A stretch of DNA of 64,000 nucleotides, taken from contig CBFFSA010000001.1 of assembly GCA_965644495.1 (NCBI GenBank), positions 2,976,001 through 3,040,000 of the forward strand, given 5' to 3'. Positions 52,196 through 62,072 of this stretch are shown here, piece after piece (the first letter of the stretch is position 1; every line of letters starts with the position of its first letter). This DNA is from Perkinsela sp. CCAP 1560/9. Its lineage: Eukaryota; Protista; Euglenozoa: Kinetoplastea. Made by a program: the position numbers and the translations under genes. Below the pieces are notes generated by a model that was given only the letters and a program-made list of their open reading frames with translations, did no database searches and was not told the DNA's origin.

Positions 52196-54565
52196 TCACG
52201 TCACCAACGTCACCTCATCCCCCCTCTCGTTCTCATTCTCCGTCAGAATCACACTCCCCGCCTCATGGGCCTGTTTCAACGCCTGCGCAACCTGCACCAG
52301 TGAAATTCCCCCATGTTGGACCTCATTATGAACCTCATGCAGCGGAAACGTCACCACCCCCGAATTCTGATACAACGAACTTAACGCCCCCATAACCTCT
52401 GCCATAACCTCGGGTTCTACCCCCCTAACCCCCCCCTCTACCCCCCTCCCCCCTCCAGAACTCCCCTCCTCCCCATCTCCCCTCCCCCCTTTCCCTTCCC
52501 CCCTCCCCCCCTCCCCCACCCCCTCTTTTCTCTTCTCCTTCCCTCCCCCCCTCCTCCCCCCCCACTCCGCCATCTCCCCGACCCTCTCCTCCCTCGCACT
52601 CACCGTGGCGTTCACACTCCCCCTCACCAGCCCGTACCCCACCCCCACGTCCTCCACCCCCACCACGGGGCTCATCCGGAGCCGGGCGTGGGCGGTGGAG
52701 AGCCGGATCAGGGACTCCAGGGTTCGCGGGGAGACGTGGAGGACGTCCTTCTTGTCGGCCTCGGGTAGCGGGCCCTGGGCCCTTCGCAGCTCCGAGTAGA
52801 GTTCGGAGACCAGGGCGACGGCGGGGGGGGAGAGGAGGGGGTGGAGCTGCCGCGCCTTGTGGAGGTATTTGCGTAGGAGGGGGAGGGGGAGGAGGGAGGG
52901 TTTGTGCCAGGGGTTGGGGAGGTCGTGGGGGGAAGGGGGAGAGGAGGAGGAGGAAGAAGAGGAAGAGGGGGTTTCGTTTTGTAAGGGGAAGGCGGTCATG
53001 TGGTTGGTAAGGACGTGGGAGGCGAGGGAACGGGTGTGGACGGTCCCGCGACGGTCAAGGATGAGAAAGGTGAGGTCGAAACGGGAGAGGAGAGACTCGG
53101 GGAGGCCGAGGTTTGTCCCGAGGGAGTGGGCGGTGGAGTAGTACCCGAAGAGGGGGTTGGCAGCCGCGAGGACGGAACACCGGGCGTTGATACTGGCGTG
53201 GATTCCGGCCTTCGCGATGGTAATGGTTTGCTGCTCCATCGCTTCGTGCATGGCCACCCGGTCTTGGGGACTCATTTTATCGAATTCGTCAATCAGAAGC
53301 ACGCCGCGATCAGCGAGGACCATCGCCCCCGCACACAGCGTGCGTTCCTTCGAATCCGCATCCTGCATCACCGCCGCCGTGAGCCCCACCCCTGTGGATC
53401 CCCGCCCTGTGGTGTGAATCGCCGTCGGCGCTAGCGCATACACAAACCGCATCAACTGCGATTTCGCCGTCGCGGGTTCCCCCACAAGCAGTACGTTAAT
53501 ATCCCCACGAATATGTGAATCCTTCACATGACGTTCCACCCCACCCGCAAGCATCAACAAAATCCCTTTCTTCTCCTCCGTCCGTCCATGCACACTCGGG
53601 GCCACACTCTCCGCCAACACCTCCAACACATCCCCTCGGGCCGCGATTCGCGCAATCACCTCCTCTTCCTCCTCCGAGATTGCATTTTCCCCCTCCTTCT
53701 CCCCGATATTCCCCCGGTACGGGGTAATCCCTTTCGCCAGCAGCACGGCATCAAAATCCTTCCTCCCTACCCTATCCCGGACATAGGGCTGGTGCACCCC
53801 CACCACCACCACCTTATCCCCGCTCTTCACCACGTCCACCAAGTCCTCCTCGGCGCGGACCTCCACGCTTCGGGGGAGCTGTCCCGGGGGGGTGGACTCC
53901 GGGGACTCCTGCAGGGTGAACCGCTGAACGTCCTGGTAGGTGGAGAGTCCAAACTCGGTTCGGAGGAGATGCCCGAGGTTGTCCTTGGTGGGCATGTGGT
54001 TAATGACGGGGAGGGTGTCGTTCTCTAGGGAGGGGGCCACGCTGTCACGGTAGCTGCGGGAGGTGTAGCGGGAGGTGGTGGGGCAGTAGTGGGTGGTGTG
54101 GAGGACGCGGCAGCGGGGGAGGGCGACTTTGGTGACGATGCCACGGACCGAGACGAGGTGGGTGGCGCAGGAGGCGGTGAGGTCACGGGGGGAGAGGGTG
54201 GGGCCGGCGAGACCGCGGAGACCGATGCGGAGGGAGGGGGAGGGGGAGAGATTTTGGGTTTTGGATTTGGTAAATGGGGGGGTGTGGCGTTGGGTGAGCT
54301 CGGTGAGGGCCATCTCGAAGAGGGGGAGACAGAGGTTGGGGTTTTCTAAAAGGTCGTGACCGAGGGAGCGGCCACGGTCTTTGTCGGCGGCGGTGGGGTA
54401 GAAATCGAGGAGGTCTTCGAGGTCGACGAGGAGACGGGAACGGCCGAGCTGAAGGGTCTCGTTCATGCGGCGAGCGTAACGTTCCTCGACGTGGTCCCAG
54501 TTGAGGAAGTCGAGGAAGTGTCGACGTAGGGTGGTTTGTTCATCGGTTAAAATGCGTCGGTTCAT
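52196..54565 (-). CDS. MCM3: DNA replication licensing factor MCM3
   Basis: IRGDINVLLVGEPATAKSQL.RFV, TTGRGSTGVGLTAAV, AGAMVLADRGV..IDEFDKM, HEAMEQQT.TIAKAGIHAS.NARCSVLAAANP, SLLSRFDL. Confidence 0.93.
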   Translation of the reverse strand: MNRRILTDEQTTLRRHFLDFLNWDHVEERYARRMNETLQLGRSRLLVDLEDLLDFYPTAADKDRGRSLGHDLLENPNLCLPLFEMALTELTQRHTPPFTKSKTQNLSPSPSLRIGLRGLAGPTLSPRDLTASCATHLVSVRGIVTKVALPRCRVLHTTHYCPTTSRYTSRSYRDSVAPSLENDTLPVINHMPTKDNLGHLLRTEFGLSTYQDVQRFTLQESPESTPPGQLPRSVEVRAEEDLVDVVKSGDKVVVVGVHQPYVRDRVGRKDFDAVLLAKGITPYRGNIGEKEGENAISEEEEEVIARIAARGDVLEVLAESVAPSVHGRTEEKKGILLMLAGGVERHVKDSHIRGDINVLLVGEPATAKSQLMRFVYALAPTAIHTTGRGSTGVGLTAAVMQDADSKERTLCAGAMVLADRGVLLIDEFDKMSPQDRVAMHEAMEQQTITIAKAGIHASINARCSVLAAANPLFGYYSTAHSLGTNLGLPESLLSRFDLTFLILDRRGTVHTRSLASHVLTNHMTAFPLQNETPSSSSSSSSSPPSPHDLPNPWHKPSLLPLPLLRKYLHKARQLHPLLSPPAVALVSELYSELRRAQGPLPEADKKDVLHVSPRTLESLIRLSTAHARLRMSPVVGVEDVGVGYGLVRGSVNATVSAREERVGEMAEWGGRRGGGKEKRKEGVGEGGRGEGKGGRGDGEEGSSGGGRGVEGGVRGVEPEVMAEVMGALSSLYQNSGVVTFPLHEVHNEVQHGGISLVQVAQALKQAHEAGSVILTENENERGDEVTLVT

Positions 54566-54708
54566 GGAGAACTGGAGAGGGTGTGCGTGGTGTTGTGAGA
54601 CAGAAATGTATGTGGTCCCTAGGAAAGGAACATTGATGAAGACAAGATGTCGTAAAAGATAACCTCGAAAGAAAATGCACTGAAAGGTGGAGAAAGTTCT
54701 TTTATATA

Positions 54709-55408
54709 CAGGGGTATAAATTTGGATGTGGGGTTTCTAAATTTTGAAAAACTTAGCCAATTTATATAAGCTAATAGCGCATTCGAGAGCTCTTGAACAG
54801 GAATCATGAACGTGCATGATCATGAACGGCATCTGCGTTAATTAGATTTTCAAGTTTTTTGGGAGACAAAATCTTGCATTTTCCAGTTTTTTTGTTTTCC
54901 CCCCTGATTCATGCTACAAAGACGGGACGGTGGACGATCGCCCGAATATAAAGACTACAAAAGGGATTATTCTTCGCCTGGGCAAGTTGGCGCATACTTC
55001 TTGTTGCCGATTACGAAACAACACAATCATTTTGGCGTTGAAAATTTATGGTCCATAGTGAACGACTTCAAAAATGGTTGAGCCCCTCGGAATCGTGCAG
55101 ATTTCATCATTCCAATCGAAAGTGTTTCAAGGCCCCTCAAAGCGCTGTGAAGAGCTTTCGAAAGCGATGCCGTATTGTGAATGGAAAGAACGGCCATAAT
55201 TGCGATTCTTAATTATTTTTTTCGATATTTGCTATTGCTTTAGAAAGTACAAATCGTATTGGGCACGTTGTCGAGGGGGAAATACTCCCTTGTGTCTAGT
55301 TCGGCTATGTTCGGTGCATGAGCCCTGTTCGAGAGCTCTCGAATGCGCTATTATTTTCCAAAATTGGTCAAGTTTTGGATCCCCCCCACATCCAAATTTA
55401 CACCCCTG
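54709..55408 (+). mobile_element. Internally deleted Tc1/mariner element with ~90-bp TIRs (solo TIRs at ~47463-47555 and 57346-57437)
   Basis: TA|CAGGGGTATAAATTTGGATGTGGGG ... CCCCACATCCAAATTTACACCCCTG|TA, with an internal decayed N.ADF..PIESV motif. Confidence 0.75.
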
Positions 55409-55647
55409 TAAGTTGTAGATTTGGGCGTACCTTGTAGGTTTGAGTACGGAAAAATAGCGCTCGTACGCAGTGCTCGAATTTTTCTCTCTCGGATCGTAAT
55501 TCACATTCTTCCTATGTGCATTTTCATTAGGAAAACTTCTATGATTTATATTTCACAGAAGAAATCGTTTGTCATTTACTTACGGGTTTCGTTGTGTTTT
55601 CGTTCTCATAGAATAAATGATGCTCCTACATCGCTAGCTCATGCGTC

Positions 55648-57213
55648 CTACTTATCGGACTCAGTCTCTACCGTTGAGTTGACCAGGGAACGCTGATACG
55701 GGGATAGTGAAGCCAAGAACTCCTCAGTAAGAATGGTCCCATCTCCGGCACACACCTTGACGGGTGAAAAACGGGGGGGTTGGGTTTCCCATTTCTCACA
55801 CCACTTGGGCAGCACCTCGGTTCGCAGACGTTCATCACAGATTCGTTTATTTTCTGCCTGTGACCTCGTCTCCTGTGACTGCGTCCGGCACACTTCTGTG
55901 CCGTCCAAAAAGAGAACAGCGGTCACATGGGTCTCTGTTACGTTCGCGGCCTGACCTCCAGGTCCGCTGCTTTTTGTGGTATGGTATTCCACTCGGGTAC
56001 GAAGTCCGGCGTCCAACGTCTGTGCAGCAATCACAGGACGTACGCGAAATGTCAATCTCTCCTTGTCCATTCCTTTTCTCTCATGGGTACGTTGCTCCTG
56101 AGCTGCTGTAGCGCCGAGTACCAACCCATACGCTCCCATACCACCAAGCTTCTGAGTGAAATACACTGCGGTTTGTTTTCCTACGGGCTGGAGTACAAAC
56201 CCTCGTGTAGTGAGTTCTTCTCGGAGGTCACCGGGGACTTTGTCCAATGCGCAGCACAGAACACAGTCGAATCGATGCATGGGAAAGCTTCGCGTGATGT
56301 ACTCCTCGCAGAGCTCCGCTAGACACTGCGGCGCGCGGATTGTCGTTGCGTGATCGTGGAATTGCTCCTGCAGCAGGTTGGCATATAACCGATGCACCTC
56401 ACCGACGGCACGGTCTGCGTTCGAGTGTTCCTGTACAGTACTCGCGGTTAGTATACGGGAACACAGATTAGAAAATGCAACAATGCCAGGTGACTGTGCC
56501 CGCAGCCGCTCGATGCGCTTTTGCATTCGGTGGATCTCCACGTCTCGTGTAGCGAACTCCTTTTCACGCAAAATGGTGTTCTTATGACTGTCCTCGACAC
56601 GGGCGAGCTGTTGCGTAAGAGCGGTGTGCTTCTGTTTCAGGTCGCGCACCTCACGTTCTTTTTGCTTTAGGTCCATTTGTTCGTTTCGCAAGTCCATGTA
56701 TTTTTGATCGATCTCGTGCAGTGACTTGCGGATACTTCTCTCGGATGTTACCAACTGCGAATTTTGCTGCAGGGTCTCGTTGTGCTGATTTTGTAGCTTT
56801 GTAAATTTTTCGGTTACATTGTCCAGTTGCACTTGTAGTTCTTGTATTCGCTCTCTTCTATGCTTCAACTCGTAAAGGATTTTTTGAACGCTTTGCGGAA
56901 GCTGCGAGAGAGAGTCATCGGTCATACCTTCTTTGTATTCACATATGGGTGCATAATCTGAAATTTTCGGTGCTGGCGGATAGGGAATCTTCCTATTAAA
57001 AGTACGCTCATATCGATTCGCCTGATCACGAGCCTTCTCGTATAATGAAATCTGCACTTCGATAGCTTGGTGCATGTTTGATAAATTGCTCGTTATGAAG
57101 CGTTGCATGAACGTCGGTTCATTATCTTTTTTAGCATCGCTATTTTTAAAGCGCACCAAAAAGAAGTATGGATTCCGCGAACGTGGAAGGCTATCAACAC
57201 ACTTGCGTATCAT
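55648..57213 (-). CDS. Coiled-coil protein with C-terminal GGQ peptidyl-tRNA hydrolase (RF-1) domain, probable mitochondrial release/rescue factor
   Basis: KSSGPGGQAANVTETHV...SQETRSQAENKRIC preceded by a long heptad region. Confidence 0.8.
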   Translation of the reverse strand: MIRKCVDSLPRSRNPYFFLVRFKNSDAKKDNEPTFMQRFITSNLSNMHQAIEVQISLYEKARDQANRYERTFNRKIPYPPAPKISDYAPICEYKEGMTDDSLSQLPQSVQKILYELKHRRERIQELQVQLDNVTEKFTKLQNQHNETLQQNSQLVTSERSIRKSLHEIDQKYMDLRNEQMDLKQKEREVRDLKQKHTALTQQLARVEDSHKNTILREKEFATRDVEIHRMQKRIERLRAQSPGIVAFSNLCSRILTASTVQEHSNADRAVGEVHRLYANLLQEQFHDHATTIRAPQCLAELCEEYITRSFPMHRFDCVLCCALDKVPGDLREELTTRGFVLQPVGKQTAVYFTQKLGGMGAYGLVLGATAAQEQRTHERKGMDKERLTFRVRPVIAAQTLDAGLRTRVEYHTTKSSGPGGQAANVTETHVTAVLFLDGTEVCRTQSQETRSQAENKRICDERLRTEVLPKWCEKWETQPPRFSPVKVCAGDGTILTEEFLASLSPYQRSLVNSTVETESDK

Positions 57214-58085
57214 TCAGTTAAATTTTTTGAGTAAGATTTTAATCAAAATCAGTTAGTGATATTGTTCAAAAGTACACAGCAGAAACGAAGTCAGAACGAT
57301 AATACATGTATACGCATGCATGAGTACGAATACCTGATATGCTATACAGGGGCGCAAATCGGGTGCTGGGGGTCTAAATTTTGTAATATTTTCTCAATTT
57401 TGGAAAATAATAGCGCATTCGAGAGCTCTCGCAGAGGTCTATGTTTTTGAATAGGAAGTTTTCCGGGGTGTAAGGCGGTGCTTAACTGAGCAGAAGTCCA
57501 AAAATGTCACGCGTTGACGACAATGTCATGACTATCTGTTTTAATGTAATCAACTGCCTTTTCAATAGATCACAAAATTTCTATTAGTGTGATACGGACA
57601 GATTTTTGGACTTTGTCCGTATTAAATGGGGGGTGCCCATGGCGCAGAAAATGACGCTATTTCTTACCGATAAAATATGTGTATAATATTAAATATTCCC
57701 CTGCACTTTTACCGGAGGTATCGTATCTTGGTCGAGTGATATATGAGATTCGTCGCCGATTCGCGGCTTCGGTGGATGCTTCCTGATCCATGATGTGAGC
57801 AGATCATTTGTACCACGTGGTGAAGTATCACACTGTTGAGACATGGTGTTGTTATGAAAAATATTCTCTGAATCAAATTCTAAGCACAAAAATGAGGAAA
57901 ACTGAGGAAAATATACTTCAATATTTTTGATATTGCTCAAAACAGGCGTCTAAGCCAAAAAGATAATTTTCTCCGAAAATCGAAATCGGAAGGTAAAAAA
58001 ATTTCCCAAAAAAAATCCGGGCAGGGGGGTCAGGGGGTCCGTATTAAAGGGGGGTCACAGTATGACGACACTTACGGTATTTAGG

Positions 58086-58964
58086 TCAACCTCTCCACGC
58101 TACAAAATCTCTGCGCGGATAAACGCCTTCATTTCGAAGATTTGTATCGTTCGTTAAAGTGACATTGGTATTCATAAAATTGAAGCTCAATGTAGGTAAA
58201 AAACTTGAAATGTCGACAATTCCGCAAAGACTTGGATTGAAAGCCACAAGGTTATGATCATACGCTCGTGGCGCAGAGATACGTCTCTCTGTGTGACGGC
58301 CGATACCATCAGCGCATGACCCGCATACGACGGGTGTCACACAGAGAGTGGAGTGCGAGGTAGGAGACGAGTCGCCCATCGGTCATGCTACAGCACGTAT
58401 AGCCATGGTTCATGCTGCAACACGGTCAAGCCGTGGGTTCATGCTGTCAGATGGTCTATCGTGGATCATGATGCATCATGGGGAGGTCCGTTACCGCCGC
58501 ACTCGCTACAGCATGTAGGGAGAGAGGGGTGCAAGTTCGCATCCCCTATACACGCATACAACGTGTCCCGCTGTAGCACGCCCAGTGGTCCTCAAGGGAG
58601 TCCTCAAGAGTGGTCCTCAAACGTCAAAATTCACTTCTCCCGTAAATTTGGCATCGAAAACAGAAAAGTCTTCTACAGTTTTTGGAAGGAACTCAAAATT
58701 TAGCTTTCCACCTATGTTCAAAAGATCCCAATTAACTGAGGAAATTTCTGACCGTTCATTGCATGTTACGCCTTGCCAAGTACACACGGATACTATTTTG
58801 ACACGCCCTAACAAACCCCTTCGTTTCGTAGTTTTCCACGATTTCATTTTGTGTCGTACATTTTCAGTAAAGCGTTCCATCATTTGTTCCTGAGGCAGAA
58901 GGGCCATAGATACCTTTCCACGCCGCAGATCACGACCGTCATCGACACAGTATAAGTTTAGCAT
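58086..58964 (-). pseudogene. Leucine-rich-repeat family gene interrupted by a structured insertion
   Basis: QEQMME.F, CTWQGVTCN...I..VNW...GGKLNFEFLPKTVEDFSVFDAKFTGEVNF resembles the expanded LRR family recalled from Perkinsela. The same frame resumes after the insert (HNLVAFN.SLCGIVDISSFLPTL). Confidence 0.6.
58258..58620. other. GC-rich highly structured non-coding element, copy 2
   Basis: 13-bp perfect stem 58285-97/58336-48, four GG(W)TCATGMT repeats with complementary spacers, and motifs shared with 45609-45915. Confidence 0.7.
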
Positions 58965-59001
58965 CTAGGTAAAACGTTTAAAGATAATTATTTTTTAAAC
59001 A

Positions 59002-59077
59002 TAAACCCTGTTCCGGGTTAATGTGTCTATAGCTACGTATTGTGCCGGGGGGGCACAATAACCCGGAACACGGTTTA
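59002..59077. repeat. Short foldback/MITE
   Basis: TAAACCCTGTTCCGGGTTAATGTG ... CACAATAACCCGGAACACGGTTTA. Confidence 0.55.
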
Positions 59078-59608
59078 CTAGTGATACTGTAAGTACAGTG
59101 AGGCCAATATTCGTGGAACAAAAGTAAGTAGGTTTTTTTATTAAAAAGGGCCTTTATTTCGGTTTTCCGGAGTGCGATCTTTTTTTCCTTATTCGAACCC
59201 TCTGGTATGGACATCCGATATCGCTTTATCACTGCCACCGCCATCGAACTTGGTAGAAGTATGTGTAGGGCTACGTGCGTAGGGTTGTACAAACGCATGA
59301 AGGACTTAAACGAAATTGAAGCACGTGAGCGCCATAATATACTGATTCAGTATATCATGCTCATAAAAGTTGATGCGAATAAAACCTTACAAGCTCACTA
59401 GGCGCATCAGGGGACATCGTATTTGATGACGTAGATGATCCTCAAAAGCAAACTTCAATGCCAATAACGAACGACGAGACAGCTGCCTCCAATTCGCACA
59501 GCGAAAAAAGAAAATGCAAACGCCCTCGAAAAACACTATCGAGTGAAGACCTTGAAATACAGCGACGCGTGGTGAACTATTCACTTTCCTGCGAGCTCTT
59601 ATTAGTTA

Positions 59609-61348
59609 CAGTGGTTTCAGTTGATCTTGCCCCCCCCCTCGGAATTTTGATTTTTTTTATCCATTTTTGCTCATCTTTGCAGCATTGGAGAGATCTCGTT
59701 CCCCTAGCGAAGAGCTTTGCCGCCTTTTTTTCATAGAGACCCTCTGGTGCCCCCTGGGTCCGAAAAACACTGTTTTTTTGGACGTTTTCTGTGTACACAA
59801 CCATTTTTTGTCACATTTTCCCTATTTTTTGTACATTTTGAACATGTAAGTACGAGTAATAGTGTTCTAAATTGATAATTTGAAAGCTCTATGTCTAGTA
59901 CCATCCCTATCGCCTAATTTAATATAGTCAACACCTCTACATTATGCAGACCAGACCCTCTAACCCCAAACAGGGGGAGTACGTACAAGGATGGAATGAC
60001 AAAAGAGAAGACAATCCCCCAATATCCCACAAAGGAACCGTGGCATTACCTCTTTGCGAGAGAAAAGAAATAATAAAGCAACACAAAAAGGGATTAAGCA
60101 TACATAAATTATCTAATAATTTCGGACGTGACCGTCGCACCATAAGAAGAATTGTTAACCTGTGGAAGGAAGGAGAAGATCTTACACCCCAAAAATCCCC
60201 AGGAAAAAAATCATCAAGGCGGTTTAAGGACCTTGTAAAAAAAATTGTGGATGATGAAAACGAAACGTACGATGGTTGCTTAACTTATACTTGGATACAC
60301 GAGCAAGTGCTGAATATGGGGTATAAATGTTCGTTAAATAAAATAAGAACTATTTTGAAAAATATTGATTACGGTAGATGGGCTAAGTCGCCGAACTGTG
60401 ACCTAACTGAGGAACACAAGTCGCAACGTTTGAGATTAGCAAACGAATTGCTTACATGGCCTAAAGAAGATTTAAACAAAATCATTTGGACCGATGAAAA
60501 GTTGTTTACCTGTGGGGTTCATGGGTCTCAGTTTTTCATTGGACCTAAAGGGTGCCAAAGAAAACCTCGCTGCAGAAACCGTAGGTGGTATGGGGGGAAG
60601 GGGGTAATGGCTTGGATGGGTATTAGTGTAGAACACGGATTTTTCTTGCACGTGTTTGAACCCAATGACAATACAACTTATGAAAACGCGCACAAGGTCA
60701 CTGGGGGAGTGATCCTTGACTCCTTTCAGAAGCCTAATGGGTTTTTACATTATCTCAAAGACCACGTTGACAATGTGACTGTGCAAATGGATAATGCTAC
60801 CACCCATAACTTGGCAAAAGGTGAATTGATTAAATATCGTACTAAACAATTGTCTTGGCCAGCGAATTCGCCTGATTTAAATCCAATAGAAAATGTTTGG
60901 AAACAAATGAACGGTATCATAAAGAAAAAAATTAAGCCCCACAATCATGCTACCCTCGCCGATGCCATTAAAAAAGCTTTTCAGATTCTAAAACGTCCTC
61001 AAGAAAAACGTAAAGTGTGCAACACAATTGATTCAGTCCCTAATAGACTTCAAAAAGTGTTGCAAAACAATGGAGGCCATTCCGGATACTAGTTCTTTTC
61101 CTTTAGAGTTAACTTTTGGACATAAAATCCGTTTTTCGTTCTATTTTTGATATGGTAAAAAAATATCATTTTTTATTATTTTGGTCAACTTTCGGGTCAC
61201 CCAAGGGGCACCAGGGGGTCTCTATGAAAAAAAGGCGGCAAAGCTCTTCGCTAGGGGAACGAGATCTCTCCAATGCTGCAAAGATGAGCAAAAATGGATA
61301 AAAAAAATCAAAATTCCGAGGGGGGGGCAAGATCAACTGAAACCACTG
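59609..61348 (+). mobile_element. Full-length Tc1-like transposon, 1740 bp, ~150-bp near-perfect TIRs, TA target duplication
   Basis: TA|CAGTGGTTTCAGTTGATCTTGCCCC ... GGGGCAAGATCAACTGAAACCACTG|TA, enclosing an intact transposase. Confidence 0.95.
59944..61092 (+). CDS. Tc1-family transposase (DD32E)
   Basis: N-terminal HTH, IIWTDEK, VMAWMGIS, QMDNATTH, WPANSPDLNPIENVW and NNGGHSGY*. Confidence 0.93.
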   Translation: MQTRPSNPKQGEYVQGWNDKREDNPPISHKGTVALPLCERKEIIKQHKKGLSIHKLSNNFGRDRRTIRRIVNLWKEGEDLTPQKSPGKKSSRRFKDLVKKIVDDENETYDGCLTYTWIHEQVLNMGYKCSLNKIRTILKNIDYGRWAKSPNCDLTEEHKSQRLRLANELLTWPKEDLNKIIWTDEKLFTCGVHGSQFFIGPKGCQRKPRCRNRRWYGGKGVMAWMGISVEHGFFLHVFEPNDNTTYENAHKVTGGVILDSFQKPNGFLHYLKDHVDNVTVQMDNATTHNLAKGELIKYRTKQLSWPANSPDLNPIENVWKQMNGIIKKKIKPHNHATLADAIKKAFQILKRPQEKRKVCNTIDSVPNRLQKVLQNNGGHSGY

Positions 61349-61383
61349 TATTTTGGGGCTTCTTTCACGGTGCTATTGACATA

Positions 61384-62072
61384 CTGTACCCCCCTATTTA
61401 AGAGTCCGTCGATTTTGGGCATTTGGACTCTTACTATCCCCCCCTATCCTAGCGTTGCCTCAGTACCCCCCCTCATTAGCGTTGCTTTTTAGACCGTCTC
61501 TTCAAGCGGCGATTTTTTTTGACCCCCCCCTCCTAGCGTTGCTTTTTCCCAAAATCAGGCAACGCTAGGATAGGGGGGATAGTAAGTGGGGGGTCAGAAT
61601 TTTCCGGACTCTTAAGTAGGGGGTCAGCATTTTTTCATAAAATTTCAATATGGCCGGTCCCTTTTTTCTCTATTTTTTCCTCTAATGAAGGTCGGCGTCT
61701 GTACTATCGATAAAATAGCAGTGCCAGGGAAGACCACGAAGAGGTCTCAACCATACTTTCCATTACGCACTCACATCAGGAGTGGTAAAGTTTATAAATG
61801 TCTGTAACAATTCTAGTCTAGTTAAGGGTTGAGGAGGGTGGTTGTGTTTCATGCTTGCCCGTAATCTACTCCTTCCTCGGAGTACTATCACGTACATGTA
61901 TAGATAAACATGTATAGATAACATGTATAGATACGCTTGGAAATATTAAAAACGCATCTAAACGCAATGAGCTGACAAAAAAAATAACAAAAAAATTGTC
62001 AGCCCAAGGCTTCGTCAAAAAGGACTCTTAAGTAGGGGGGTACCCCTTGGACTATTAAGTACGGGGGTACAG
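61384..62072. mobile_element. TA-flanked non-autonomous element containing a nested 149-bp MITE (61434-61582)
   Basis: Outer: TA|CTGTACCCCC...GGGGGTACAG|TA. Inner: TA|CTATCCCCCCCTATCCTAGCGTTGCC...GGCAACGCTAGGATAGGGGGGATAG|TA, splitting the outer repeat GGACTCTTAAGTRGGGGGTCAG. Confidence 0.85.
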
